A stretch of 64,000 nucleotides of DNA from the human T2T-CHM13v2.0 reference genome, Homo sapiens, in NCBI RefSeq assembly GCF_009914755.1, contig NC_060925.1. One strand, 5' to 3'. Shown here one piece after another: positions 1 through 14,461 of the stretch. Position numbers and translations under genes: made by a program. Below the pieces are notes generated by a model. That model was not told the DNA's origin. It saw only the letters and a list, made by a program, of their open reading frames with translations, and did not search any database. Each line of letters starts with the position of its first letter. The first letter of the stretch is position 1.

Positions 1-239
1 GCTGGTGGTACTAATTCCATTTGATGAACTGGGATATGGATCGCTGGCTAAGTTAATGTCATGTAACTCTGTACTGATGCCAAAGTTAGCCACATCTTAC
101 TTCCAGACATTTACCTTATTTCTGTTTTCAAAAATTATTAAATCTAAAAATTACTTCTGATTTTAAAAGGATTCTCTGAAACAGAAAACAAAGACAAGTT
201 GTTGCATGGTGCAAAGTGATGGAAATTTGGCCAAATCCA

Positions 240-395
240 ACCTAAGTTTGAATCATCAATTTTCTTATCTGTAAAATGAAGCTAATGTACATTTTAAAGG
301 TTATTATGAAGATTAAATCATAAGATTCATACATGGAACATTTAGTATTTTACTTGGTTCACATAAGACCATCAATAAATAGTTGTAAATAATAA
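240..395 (+). mobile_element. MIR SINE fragment (core and 3' part)
   Basis: tttcttatctgtaaaatgaag...ggttattatgaagattaaat...catcaataaatagttg resembles the MIR core consensus; diverged, ends approximate. Confidence 0.65.
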
Positions 396-522
396 AAATG
401 ATAATTTAACTTTGATTTTAGTAAGGTTATCATTAAATGAAAGGTTCGGTACCACTGGTGGTAGCTGCTAAGCTTGAGTAAAGACTTATTTTGAAGATGC
501 TATATTTTTTATAAGACTGCTA

Positions 523-625
523 ATCCATTCAAAAATAGTCTACTACATGCCAGGCACTGTGCTAGGTGCTGGACATATAGTAGTGAGAAAGAGTCCCTGC
601 CCTCAGGCAGCTTACATTTTAGATG
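523..625 (-). mobile_element. L2 LINE 3' end fragment
   Basis: tactacatgccaggcactgtgctaggtgctgg...gtccctgccctcaggcagcttacattttag is the reverse complement of the L2 3' terminus. Confidence 0.7.
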
Positions 626-2779
626 GATCTTTTAGTATTTGCAGCCTGGGCTGCTCCTACAGCTTTCTTCCACCAAATAAGTGTACTTTGATCAGAACCT
701 CAGAAGTGGAATTAATTCAGCACACAGTGTTTGCTGAAGGAAGGGGGATGGACAAAGAAAAACTTGGGGATTCACCAGGGTACCAATCAACCGTGCCAGT
801 GGCCCACACTGGCCCAGAATCCACGTACTGTGGACTTAAACTCACTTGGAGAATTCCTCTAATAAAAGGTTAATATTGGTATTATGTACATCTCATACCT
901 AACGCAAAAACCTCTCCATGTATGTTGTCTTCTCTCTCCAAAGGGAGAATTCACTATATTCCTGCCATATTACCAAGTTTAGCTAGAATTTTGAGTGGAG
1001 CGCCAATCACCAAGTCTTACTTAAGATGCCTTTATTTCCTATCTAGTATGTTTTCAGTCCTTTCTATTTCCCTTTGTTCCTTTGGGCCCTGTGTTTTTGG
1101 CACCCCATACCTACATCGAGTGTGGGTTCTGCCCTATGAAAATACTCTTACAGTCTTGTTAGTAAATTATTCAGGCTTTTGTGTTGCTCTTGAGTTTTGG
1201 TTAGGCCTAAGAAATTTATTCCATGGGGAAGACTTTGTTTTTCCCTTATCCATATATTTATTTCTGTTTGGGGATCTCTCTTTGCACATTTCTGACCTGA
1301 AACTGCTCTTGAAACTTCTGAAGCTTGTTTCCCTAGGATCAAGGAGACAACATCATGGAGGTCAGTGGCTGTTAATGGGCACAGCCACAGGTTAGTCCGG
1401 AGCAAAGATAAGGGCTGCTAAAGAGGCCATTGACCTGAGCTGTCGGGTACAGGGTGTTGCAGTTTGATTCTGAACCATACCTTGAAGGCAGCCCGGTCTG
1501 GAATGGCTAATGAGGCTGAGGCAGGTTAGATATCATAAGCATAATTAGATGAACAATGTGCATGTCTTTTTAACTGCAAGCCAGCTGAGGGTGTGAAAGG
1601 GTACTATTTAAGCCCCTTCATTGTATTGCTAGCTCCTAGTCTAGGGAGGCGTCTTAAAGATGTTGCCCCAAATTCCATCTGAATTCAGAGTCAAGGAAGC
1701 AGTGACAACATTGAATTTATGTGGCTTATCTTCATGGTTTCAGGTTTGCTTAGGTTTGATTGCTTACCTTAAATTCTAACCTCAGCTTTGGTTTTTCAGT
1801 TCCCCCAAATGGACAGTGTCTTGAGGAGCATGTGACTTGAATACCCTCCATTCTATAATTTACTTAGAAATCCTAGCTGGAAGACACGGTTACAAGTACT
1901 CTCTTGGCTACAGTCATCCTCCTCCTGTTGCAAACAATCTCTATGGAGATGAGAACATAATCGTAGTCATCCTTGATTGCTTACTGCAGTTGTCTTTAAC
2001 TCTGTCTTGACATTAAAGGAAGTATTATCAATTCCAAAGACTAAGGACAATTTTTAAAATGTGTAAATATTGTAATTCCAAAACATACCATAGACACAGA
2101 CACGTGCATAACCAAGATATTAGTAAACCATCATCCACTCAAGGTAATTATATGATTTCTGAGTCACAAATCATTTCCCTTTAATACAAAACTAGGAAAA
2201 TATCCAAAGACTAGTGAAGATAGCCATCTAAGTACCTGGGCTGGTAAATGTAAAACAAGAAAACCCTGGTCGTAATGTTTTCTATGTTCTTTTGGCTGCC
2301 TGCCTTCTTACTGTATTTCCAGGAAAACCAAGGTCTTTTCAGATTTTAGAATCAGTTATACACTGACTTTTGAGTACTTGAGAGTTATTATGCATCCTAG
2401 TGGACGGCTTAGAAGAGGTTGTAAGGGAATAATTTTCATTTCAATCTAAATGTATATTTTGCAACTGTTGATGTATACTGATAGAAAGCTTCACATTCCA
2501 GAATGGATTCTATTAGGTTTTAAAATGATAATTAAATTTCTTTTTCTTTTCTTTCCTTGGCTTCAAAGTTGACTTTTAAGTGTCACTTTTTTGGTCTCTA
2601 TCTTTGAGTCTTCAGCATGTTTTAAATGCCTGAGGTATTCTTAGACTGATTGCCAATTTCTCTGCAGTTTCTTAAAAAAAAATACCCCTTTAACTGATCC
2701 TCCAGTCTAGACGTCTCCTGGACGAGTGTCAATTGTTCTTCTTTCTCTTTTTACATGTGAGTTAAATGGTACATCGTCC

Positions 2780-3148
2780 TGTGTTAGGCAGTTCTTGCAT
2801 TGCTATACAGAAATACCTGAGACAGGGTAATTTATTAAGAAAAGAGGCTTAATTGGCTCCCGGTTCTGCAGGCTGTACAGGAAGGATAGCACTGGCATCT
2901 GCTTGACTTCTGGGGAAGCGTCAGGGAGATTTTTCTCATGGTGAAAGGCTAAGCAGGAGCAGGCACTTTACGTGGTGGGAACAAAGGGAGGTGTCACTTA
3001 CTTTAAACAGCCAGATTACTATCGAGGACCTCACCAAGCCATGAGGGATCCGCCCCCATGAACCAAACTTCTCCCACCAGGCCCCACCTGCAACGCTGGG
3101 GATTCCATCTCAACATGAGATTTGGAGGGACCTCCAAACTCTATATCA
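2780..3148 (-). mobile_element. MaLR solo LTR (MST family, MSTA/MSTB-like)
   Basis: tgtgttagg...ttgcattgctata...aaatacctgagacagggtaatttat...ctcccaccaggccccacc...catgagatttgg...tatatca; TG..CA termini; gtcc on both flanks. Confidence 0.85.
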
Positions 3149-3399
3149 GTCCCTAATAAAGACCCCTCCTACCAGTAAGGTTCAGAATTGAATTCCGTTT
3201 GTTCCCTAAATACTTATTTGATTGCTTTTATTTTAAGAATGTTTAGTTGAATAGCTCTCCAATACAGAATTTTGCTCTTATGGTCACTTAGTTCCCAAAG
3301 TTCATCGATCCTCATCCTAATTTCTTTTTTGCAAAGGGTCTGTGGTTACACTGAGTTCTGCAATTTATAGTTTCACTCCTGAAAATCATTCTTTTATTA

Positions 3400-3605
3400 A
3401 TTAAAGAATCAGATAGATTAAGATTTGATTTCCATCTTTGCCCACTCATTGGCTAATTTGGCTTTGAAACTCAGTCTATATGAGCCTCAAGGTCTATGAA
3501 ATATGGATACTATTAACAATGCTGCAAGAGTGTTAAAAGAAAATATGCGTGTAAATGAGTCATAAGCGCTTGGCATGTGGGTAGCCACGTGAGCAGTGTT
3601 AATTA
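3400..3605 (+). mobile_element. MIR SINE (diverged)
   Basis: MIR-like order of motifs: agatttgatttcc...tgagcctcaa...gtgtaaa...ttggcatgtgggtag. Confidence 0.5.
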
Positions 3606-5113
3606 TGATATTGCTCCAGCTGAAAAGGTTGAAGGGGCAGAAGAGAAAAAAGGAAGAAGGAAAGGAAGAGGGGAAGTAGCAGAAGAAAGAAAAAGAAGAA
3701 AGAGAAATGCAGGAGCATGTAATGGCTAAAATAATGAGATTGCAGCTTAGCCTTTTGGGAAGGTTTGCCAAGTATCCCTTCCTTTAATTTACATAGTTCT
3801 CATCTTCCATGCAATTATAAAGTGTGATGAGAGTCTCTCTGAAATGTATTATTTTCCTTTCCTTTCTTTTTCCCTCAGGAAGATGCCAATAGAAACTGCT
3901 TTTCAGTTTCTCTCTGTTGGCCGTTTGCCCTAACTTTTGACCTCCTCTCTGCATTAGCTAAACTCCACCTCACCCCTCTATCAAACAGCTTGACCACTTC
4001 TGCTCTATTGTGACAGCTCTGATTCTTGAGAGGACTCTTTATCCCCTGCCTGCCAAAGGGCTGTTTCAACCCAATTAGATCATGTTGGAAGTAGACTTAA
4101 TTTAAATAGGTTTTGAAGCTGCTGTCTCTGTTTTGTAAATTATATATTTTAAAAATCTACTGATTTTTGTCTAGTTCATTTAACTGTCCTTACTTAAACT
4201 TCATTAAAAAAGTCATTGGAACATCAGCATAGCACATGTGGAATAAATATAGGAGTTAATTTTCAGTACAACTGGTCTTTAAAGTTTAATAGCCAATAAA
4301 TATAAACATGAAATGACAGTTGCCTCATTACAAATGTAAACACACATATAAACCTACCCAGTAGCAATTTGAAACAAGCTTAGGAATCCACCTCCTACTT
4401 TTGTTATGCCTGAGCCTTTTCCTCAAGGCTGTCTTTCCCTTTGATTTATTAATTCCTTCCTTACCACTGTGGCTATCAAATAAGTGCCCTAAAATAGTTA
4501 TTTCTAATGAAATATAACTTTAGGATTTTAACAAAGAGAGAAAAAAGACTCTTCGTATAACCCTTTCAATTAAAGAAAACTGAGCTACAATGTGCATTTT
4601 TATCCAGAATATCACCATTTGCCCCAGGCCCACCCAACCCTTGGTGTGCTTAAGACATGGCTTTGTCAGATGTAAAACTCTGGACATAACTGCTGTGGGG
4701 AAGAAAAGCCACCCACTCATGCCCAAGAAGCTGCTTCAGATTCCCTGATGATCAGGTTCAAGGTCATTTTTCTGTACCTTCTTTGTTAAAAGATGCTTTG
4801 ATTACACAGAATTCTTTCAATTTTTTTGGCCTTTGTTCTCTTGTAATTCAATGAGAATAAGAGAATGTCAGTTGCTTCAGCAGTTAGTGACACTGGTTAG
4901 AACTCCCCTAAGATGAAAGTCTGAAGCCCAGATGAGCTGTGAGCTGGATGTCCCCCAGTGGGGTTAGCCTTCCACAGCCCTCAGAGCACAAAGACGATTT
5001 TGAGTCTCAGCCGTCACTCTTATCAAATATTCTTACCCTTTTGCAGCAATTACTTTTGTCACTATTGCTATTATGGTTCTGCTAAAATTTCTCTTTCTTC
5101 TCATATTTCTGTA

Positions 5114-5760
5114 CAGTCATGCACTGTGAAATGATGTTTTGGTCAACGATGGACCACTTATACAAGAGTAGTCTTCTAAGATTATACTACTATTTTGGGG
5201 TTTGTTTTTGTTTCTGTTTTGAGACAAGATCTCACTCTATTGTCTAGGCTGGAGTGCAGGGGCCCCATCTTGGCTCACTGCAGCCTCAACCTCCCAAGGC
5301 TCAGGTGATCCTCCTACCTCAGCCTCCTGAGTAGGTGGGACCATGCCCGGCTAATTTTGGCATTTTTTTTAGTAGAGATGGGGTTTTGCCATGTTGCCCA
5401 AGCAGGTCTCAAATTCCTGGATTCAAGCGATCCACCTGCCTGAGCCTCCCAAAATGCTGGGATTACAGTCATGAGCCACTGCGCTGGCCAAATGCCATAT
5501 TTTTACTTCACCTTTTCTATGTTTAGATGTTTACATACACAGATGTTTCCTGTTGTGTTACAGCCGCCCACAGTATTCAGTACAGTAATGTGCTGTATAG
5601 AAAGCCTAGGAGCAATAGGGTTTATGATAGAGCCTAGGTGTGTACCAGGCTATGCCATCTAGGTTTTTGTGAGTGCACTCTATGACGTTTGCACAACAAG
5701 GAAGTCACCTAATGATGCCTTTCTCAGAATGTGTCCTCATTGTTAAGTGAGGCATAACTG
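5114..5760 (+). mobile_element. Tigger3/MER7-type non-autonomous TcMar DNA transposon, interrupted by an Alu
   Basis: Starts cagtcatgc...ggtcaacgatggaccac and ends gcataactg (TIR pair); TA flanks at 5112-5113 and 5761-5762; internal gcctaggagcaatagg...ccatctaggttt. Confidence 0.85.
5193..5489 (-). mobile_element. AluJ-type SINE inserted in the Tigger3 element
   Basis: T-rich tail, then gagacaagatctcactct...cactgcagcctcaacctcc...gctcaggtgatcctcc...gagccactgcgctggcc. Confidence 0.92.
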
Positions 5761-6589
5761 TATAAGAAATAAATTTCTTCTCAGCATGTGTTGACTACTT
5801 TATCTTAACAAAATGTTAACATAATTTAGCCTTTACTACAGAAGTCGGCATCATAATGTGTAGATTGCTTATGCTAATCGGGAAGTGTTAAGGTAAGCTG
5901 TGTCTATTTTAAGTGAAGTAAGTGGTTTAAATGACTCCATTTCAGAGAAAACTTCACTTCAGTAATCCTTTAAAAAAATCTGCCTCTGTTTCCATTCCCA
6001 ATAGTAAAATAAATAGATAAACAAACAGCTCTTACTAAAACAACAGTAATTTATTATCTTGCACCAGAAGAAATTAGATTTCAAATGTGGAGAAAGTCTG
6101 GGATAGTAGCACCACTTTTAGAAATTACACATTATGTTTGTTTTAACATAAATTTGAATTCAAGGAAATTTTCGTGCTCTCAAAGAAATTGAGGAACTTC
6201 AAATAAGTTACCTACAAACACACAGTCTTATTATTTTCAGCATACTAACTTCTAATTTTTACTAATTTACCATACACAATATTGCCTGTAATTTTAGTTA
6301 ACTAATACATGCCATTTTATATTCTGTATTTTGCATACATTTCCTTATATCAGTATAACTTCCATATTTCTTATTATAATAAAGTATTATATAAGTATAG
6401 CAATTTAACATTCCATAATGTTAAACTGTTTCCCTGATGTTGTGTTATGGTGTTAATAACAGTAGTAACAACAGCTACCATTTATTAACTGCTCACACAA
6501 TAAATGCTATGTTAAAAGCATCATTTATCAAAGTAATGAAGAATCTTGATTTGTTACGTGGAAATGCATAGATTTAAGAACTCGGTGTA

Positions 6590-6780
6590 CAACAGGTCCT
6601 TGAATAATTTTGTTTTATTCAACTTTATTTTCTTATAATTATAATATTGATGGAAAAAAAATTCTTAGTTGGGGCCAATGTCTGTGTGGAGTTTGCACAA
6701 ACTCCCCATGTCTGTGTGGGTTTTCTCCAGGTACTCAGGTGAGCAAGAACCTATCAACAACATTAAGTGAGGACTTACTG
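6590..6780 (+). mobile_element. MER6-family (short, MER6B-like) TcMar-Tigger element
   Basis: caacaggtccttgaataa...ggggccaatgtctgtgtggagtttgcac...ccccatgtctgtgtgggttttctccaggtactc...ttaagtgaggacttactg; TA flanks at 6588-6589 and 6781-6782. Confidence 0.8.
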
Positions 6781-7068
6781 TACTAATATCTGTGTGACTT
6801 TAGTCAAGAAAAAAATTCCCTATTTTTTTCTTCATCTTCAATATCTTCCTTTGAACACATATAAGTAATAGCTGACTTAGAGGTTGTACCTCCCACTGAG
6901 CCTCACATATAGTAGGTGCTCAAGAAATGAGGGAATGTCGTTACTGGGAGCTGCCTAAAGTTGACTTACATCCATAAAATGAGGAGATTTATTTTATTTT
7001 GTGCATATTTCAAGATGGATCTCCAAGATAACTAAATTGTCAATGCCACCTGCAATATGCTATGTTCA

Positions 7069-7476
<408 letters not shown>

Positions 7477-8069
7477 TAGAACCTGCTGCACACCTAGCTG
7501 TCTGCAAATCACTCCAGATTGTAACTCCTGTGAAGGAAATTCCTCTATTCAACAGGAATCCGAAGAGCCTAGTGGAGTATAGGCAGTAGATAGGCAGAGT
7601 AGGCCGGTAGATAGGCAGAAATATGTATGTGTGGGCATTTTTTAAAAAACCATGTCTGTCTTCCCCCGGAGATTATAATTAATCATCTTGATATTATGCT
7701 ATATCAGACAGAATGACCAAGATATAACCTCCTGGGAAAGACAGATACGCAAACAGATAATAATACAATATTATTATATTATATACATTATGTTCAAAAT
7801 GTTATGGCAGTATATTTGTACCTGAGGAACTAGGGATTGGTAAGAATTAGCTTTTGAGTTATTATTTTTTCAAATGAATAGCAGTTTACCAGATAAATAG
7901 AGAGGCACCCCAAATTAGAAGATGTTATCTACTCAGAGAAAACAGGAGGAGCAAAGTCAAGTATGGAGCGTAGGAGAGAACTGAATATCTGGCAACCATT
8001 TCCTACAGCTGTAATAATTTTGGTTGGAGATTAGTATTAGAAGAGGATGGAGAGAAAGCAAGCTGGGCA

Positions 8070-8280
8070 GTTAGTAAATCTTGCGTACCTCCCATGCGAC
8101 AGGCAGTATTCTAGACATTTTGTTCATATTTTGTCTTACAACTCTCAGAAAAACTCTATTTTAGAGGTGATGCAAGTGAGGCTGTTGAATATGAGGCCAG
8201 CTGTCCAAGGTCATGTAGCAAGAATATATCAGAGTTGGTGTTTAGAGCCAAGTCTTCCAGCTCAAAACTCACCTTCTCTT
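8070..8280 (-). mobile_element. MIR SINE (diverged)
   Basis: tcttacaactctc...ctattttagaggtgatgcaagtgaggct...tgtccaaggtcatgtagcaag...agagttggtgtttagagccaagtctt. Confidence 0.6.
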
Positions 8281-8708
8281 CACCTCTAAGATGCAATGAA
8301 ATGGGCAACCACTTAGCGGCCTTCTTATTTATTTGGGCTTAATTAACTTCTCTGCTTGAAGATAAATCTTTGGGATTTTGTTCTCTGTTGTCTCAAAAAT
8401 AGACATTTTACAAAATGTATTTTAACTTCCTTTGATATTTTTCAAAAGTAAATGCCACCTCTCCATGGGAGTCCTATTATGTATGTAGCAGATTCTTCTC
8501 TATAACCTTCATGCTTTCTTCGTTTTACATTTTTACCATTTATGCATCTTTGCTGTGGTCCACTCTTTGCCCTTAAATGGGGGCGAATGGAGGATCTTTT
8601 AACTTTTTTAGAGTTCTTCTGTTTGTTGTTATCATCACCTTTCTTAGGCCTTCAGCAGGAAGACTGGTTGTCTCAGTTATCTGTCATTCTGAAGAATGGC
8701 ACCTTTAG

Positions 8709-9678
<970 letters not shown>

Positions 9679-10814
9679 CTCTGGAAAGATTGCTGTGATG
9701 CTGCTTTTTCTGCAGAGTAAATTGGGATCTGACCACTAGAGTCTCCAAGCTGGCTGTTTTTTTGTAGCATCTCCAATCCAGAGCAGCTTTTCCTAGCTCC
9801 TAGTAATCATGCAGTTTCTGCCTATAGACTTTGACTTCAGTTTTCTCCTCTATTCGTGCCATCCTTCCCCCTGTGATCTAGGAAGGTGCGTAGATGGAAG
9901 TCCCGTTAGGAAGCCAATACTTAATCTATAGGTAAAACGTGGATTTTTTTCTTTCTGGAAAATATCTTTATTATTTAACCTTTTTCTATTTTTGAGAAAT
10001 AGAATTCGATCTCTAAATGAATTAAACTGACTGCTAACTAGTGTGTAATTTTTGGAATGAATATATTTGAACTTCATTCAAATGATATTTCAGATTATTC
10101 TTTTTCTTCTTGAGATTGTATTGCAAACAGAAAGATAACTTTGGCAAGTAAATTAAAGGATTGACAAAACAAAAGTGTGAATTAAGGCAAAAAATAGATG
10201 CCAATGCCTACTTTTGTTGTTGCTGTTCATTCATTCATTTACTCATCACGTATTTGTATGTGCCAGGCACTATATTTCAAAGCGAGATCTCACTTTATAT
10301 CTATCTTGACATACAAAGACGAGTAGAATACCATGCTTGCATTTTAGAGAACTATATGGGAGACAGAGAACCAATGAGATGTATCTTTATATATCAACTC
10401 AATATCTGTTGGTCACATTGTAGGACACGTAGAGCACAACTAATCATTGGAAGAAGTGTCTGTTTTGCATGGTCCACGTGATATGGTAAAGCAGCACGTT
10501 CTATAGAGGGCAGAGTCTTGGGCCATTTGCCTTACTCCCCTGAGTCTTTAAATCTGTAAAGCGAGATGACTACATTGCAGATTTTTGGTGAAGACTAAAT
10601 GGAAATTCATATGCATACATAGGTAATGATCAAAACATAGGCCATAAAAAATTCACATCACGGGATAAGTTTGGTTTTCTTATTGATAAGCATATGGCTT
10701 TCTAGTAATGTTACATTGAGTTACTAGTAAATTTACTTCTGAGTCAGACATATTTACTGACTGTGTAGTATGTCCGTGTGGCTATACTTCACATTGTGTG
10801 CAAAACGGAGGTAT

Positions 10815-11050
10815 TACATGTTCTCACTTATAAATAGGAGCTAGGCTATGGGTACACAAAGGCATCCGAGTGATAATAATGGACATTAGAGATTCAGAGT
10901 GTGGGAGGAGGGTGAGGGATAAAAACTACATATTGGGTACAATGTACGCTACTTGGGTGATAGGTGTACTAAAATCCTAGACTTCACCACTATAAAATTC
11001 ACCCGTGTAACCAAAAACCATTTATATTCTTAAAGCTAATGAAATAAAAA
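10815..11050 (+). mobile_element. L1 3' UTR fragment (L1PB-like), 5'-truncated
   Basis: atgttctcacttataaataggagcta...attgggtacaatgtac...ttcaccactata...gtaaccaaaaacca...aaataaaaa; possible degenerate TSD gaggtat. Confidence 0.8.
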
Positions 11051-11212
11051 CAGCAACAATAGAGGTATGTAGGTTAAGGTCTTTCTGTTGGGTTGCTTGT
11101 CAAATATCTTTTTATTATTATTATTATGCTACAGATTAGAAAGACAATCTTATGCAAATCATATGAGATCATCCTTACTGACCGATTTTTTCATCTTTTT
11201 ATGTCTGTTTAG

Positions 11213-11325
11213 ATATGAACAGTAATGGCACATATTTTGGTTATGAGTCACTCAGTGGACTGTGGATTGAATGAACTGTATCCATCCCCATCATGATGTA
11301 CAGAACCAAGTCTCTTCACTAGTAG
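11213..11325 (+). other. Probable non-coding (5'UTR-type) internal exon, 113 nt (109 nt with the alternative donor); tentatively recalled as resembling HIVEP2 5'UTR exon 2, unverified
   Basis: Branch point tactgac 11176-11182, pyrimidine tract, ttag acceptor (AG 11211-11212), non-repetitive body, donors tag|gtattt (11325/11326) or cta|gtaggt (11321/11322); six ATGs. Confidence 0.65.
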
Positions 11326-11777
11326 GTATTTTTTTAATTAATATCATGTACACAGTTATATGTTGAGATTTTCACCAGAGTACCTACTTTTATAATGAAA
11401 AATGTGTAAAACACATGTATTAGTGTCGCCGGTATGAAATATGGCTAGATCTAGTCTATTTCTGTATCAACCAATTGTAAAATGAAGAGGCATGCTGAGC
11501 TGTATCTATTAGGTATAAGTATATAAATGTGGTAATTATGTATACCTATATAGGCAGAATTTAGAAGTATAGCATCTTCCCTCTTTTTTAACTGAATTAA
11601 GAAACGTCACTGGACAGTTTCGATGTCTTCTGGTCAATATCATATAGATCTGGTGCCAATGTAAGCTTAAACTTTTTACCGAGTTTATGCTTTGCAACAG
11701 TTTAATTTTATTATACAGGGTATTTGATGTGCTTCCACTCACAGATGCACCATATTAACAGTTGGTGTATGATATTT

Positions 11778-12010
11778 ACGGTGTTGTGGAAAGAAAATTA
11801 AACTCAGTCAGAAGATGTTAATTTCATTTCAGCTCCAGCATTTATCCTCATACTAGTCCCCTAATCTCTAGGCCTCAGTTTCTTCATTTGAAAAGTGAAA
11901 GGAATCGTTTCTGCTTTACCTAGTTCATAAGATTTCCTTTGAAGGTCAACAGAGGTAACGGATGTGAAATTATTAGCTAACTCTCAAACTCTGTAAAAAT
12001 AAATGGTGTT
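11778..12010 (+). mobile_element. MIR SINE
   Basis: ggtgttgtggaaagaa...ctctaggcctcagtttcttcatttgaaaagtg...gatgtgaaa. Confidence 0.7.
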
Positions 12011-12761
12011 GTCTGTGGTCAACTAACAGCACAAGTAGAGAGCTGGAAAAAGTTGTGACCATAATTGTCTCTTCCAATTAATTAATGCAGTCTACTATTT
12101 TATATGCTACTTGCCTAAGAGATAAATGATAAAATCCTCATTAATTTTAATTTATGACCCAAATTAATTTTTGGTATATTTGAGAAAATTATGTTTAAAT
12201 GATATATGAGGAAACACATGTTTCTCACACACCCATGCACACACCAATCCCCACCAACCATAAGGAATTTCTGCTGCTGCTTCTCTCCATCGTGTTTACT
12301 CTTATTAGATTTTGTCTATTAGGTTTTTACACATGAAGGAGAAAGATATATTAGATACTTCTTATGTGTATTTTAGTTTCAAGATACTAAGGAAACAATG
12401 TAGGAATTTGGTGAGATTGTAAATATTATTTAAATATAGTATTTAATACATCTGTTAACTGAAATCATTTTAACATCTTCTATGACCATTCTCTTTAGCT
12501 AGGAGAATACAGCTAGCTTGTTTAAAATGAACAACTGAAAATGTAATCTTAACAAATACATTCAGTAATATTGAGAAAGACTTTTCCACTAAATTTAAAC
12601 AAGTTATATAACCAGGCTTATGCAATGAAACTGGTTTGCAAATTCTAATTCCGGAAATTAGATATGATTTTCACTAGAAGGGCAGTGGTCTGTTACATGA
12701 ATAAAATTTTTGCATATAAATGGAACGAAAATCTTAATAACAGGTAACATATTCACTGGCT

Positions 12762-13010
12762 AATATTGTAGCATAGTGCTGAAGTATGCAGGATCTATAG
12801 TCAGACTGCCTGAGGTTGCAACCCAGTTCCACCATTTTGTAGTTTTGCAAAGTTGGACAAGTCATTTAATTTCTCTGTGCTTTAGTTTTCACATTTGTAG
12901 AATGAGACTAATAAAAAGAGATCTATCTGATTGCATAGGCTTGTTGTATGGATTACATGAGTTAATATGGACTAGTGTTTGGGAGCAGTGTGACACTTAC
13001 TAAGTTATCA
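12762..13010 (+). mobile_element. MIR SINE, near full length
   Basis: gtagcatagtg...agtcagactgcctg...ggacaagtcatttaatttctctgtgctttagttttcacatttgtagaatgag...gattacatgagttaata. Confidence 0.8.
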
Positions 13011-13039
13011 GTCAGTTCCCTGGGGAGTGTGGGATTATC

Positions 13040-13290
13040 CTGATGAGCACAGATTTTAGAATCAGAAAGCCCTGGGTTCAAAGTCATTTATTAATTGTGA
13101 AGTTTTCAAAAACCTCAGTTTCTGAGAAATAAAAGGGAAATGATTATGATATAGTCCATACTGCCTTTGTTCAGATGGCTTAACACAGCATCCACACAAG
13201 GAATGGCAGCTATCCCCTTTGTCAGGCATTGTAAAGATATAATCACAAATCATTGTATAGTATGATTTTAAAATAATGTAAATGAGAGAA
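13040..13290 (+). mobile_element. MIR SINE (diverged)
   Basis: gagcacagattttagaatcagaaagccctgggttcaaag...aacctcagtttc. Confidence 0.55.
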
Positions 13291-14461
13291 CTTCTGAATT
13301 TGAAAATGTCCTTGCCACGTGCTATATTTAAAGGACTTTCATAAATGTGCTCAATTATTGATTTATTTTGTTAGATTCAGAATTTCAAAAATGATTAACA
13401 AATACTTAAACAACAAAATGCAAACATAGCTTGAGTATGGAATACTGAAATGACAAAAAAAAGTGGTTTATTAGGCCGATCAAGGAATATCAAATGAATG
13501 TTTAATTTATTTTGAATTTTGGACTGTCACCATGTTTAAAATGACTTTTTTTTTTCAGGAGAGAAAGAGAGCAAAAAAGAAAGGAGGTATAAATGTAGAA
13601 AATGTTTCACAAAGTGATGGGGAGTAAGGGCTTGAACTTTCACTTTCATAATCATGAGTTCTATATCAGACGTACGCTTGTTTTTATTATGAATCAACTT
13701 AAGATATTGTCCTTTGAGCTTACACTGGACAAAATTCAGTGGTTTTAGTGGGTGACATTTTCCAAATGAGTCATAATTTGTTCCCAAGGTGGAAAGTACT
13801 GATAACTTGGGGCAATATTTAGAGTCAAGAGCATGAGCCCATGTTTTATGTCCATCTCTCTAGTTGAGCCAGTTGCTGGGCTGACATGTATCACTCAGAC
13901 CAGAAAGCCAAGTCTTATTCCCTCACTTCTTCCTTATAAACCATCTAAAACAATGACAGCGTTTGGTTTGTCCAACTCTGTCCATCTCTGTATGCAGAAA
14001 GTCTTTCACATATAAATTTAATCTGACTTATCTGACTTGCTTATAATTCAGATTAAAATGTTATCTTTGACTGCTTTGCACACACCCATTTATTCTTCTT
14101 CTTGTTTATTTTTGCAATAGCTTCTTCAGCCTTTATAGATTTTTCCCCTGATGAGGACAGTAGTGGTTATGGGGGAAGCTTTTGGGCATAAAGGCTTTGA
14201 GGGTGCATTTCTTGGTAAGAATCTACATGCTATGGACATGGGTACAGGCCTGGTTGCTGTGTTGCTGTCCCTTTGTGAGGGCCTGGGTGAGAGATGCCCA
14301 TGGCACTGATGTGATGCTGTCCTGCCCTCCCAGGGCCTGCAGCATGCCATACTTCTAGCCCTTCAATGCAGCCAAGATGCACATTATGAAGTCTCGTATT
14401 AGGATTTAGAATGTAATAAAAGGAAAAAAGCAAGGTTATGCGGTTGGAATGCTGGCCCTAC

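Noticed and set aside
1365-1388. 8-bp stem gtggctgt...acagccac
   Set aside because: Too short; expected by chance in 64 kb and lacks miRNA/snoRNA hallmarks.
547-1395. ORFs 547-873 (108 aa) and 922-1395 (157 aa)
   Set aside because: The first begins inside an L2 relic. The second is Leu/Ser/Phe-rich as expected from T-rich DNA. Neither shows a recognisable domain or convincing exon boundaries.
3852-3880. Strong-looking acceptor ttttccctcag|g (similar lone acceptors near 13558, 37430 and 47986)
   Set aside because: No matching strong donor at exon distance; isolated pseudo-splice sites are abundant in long introns.
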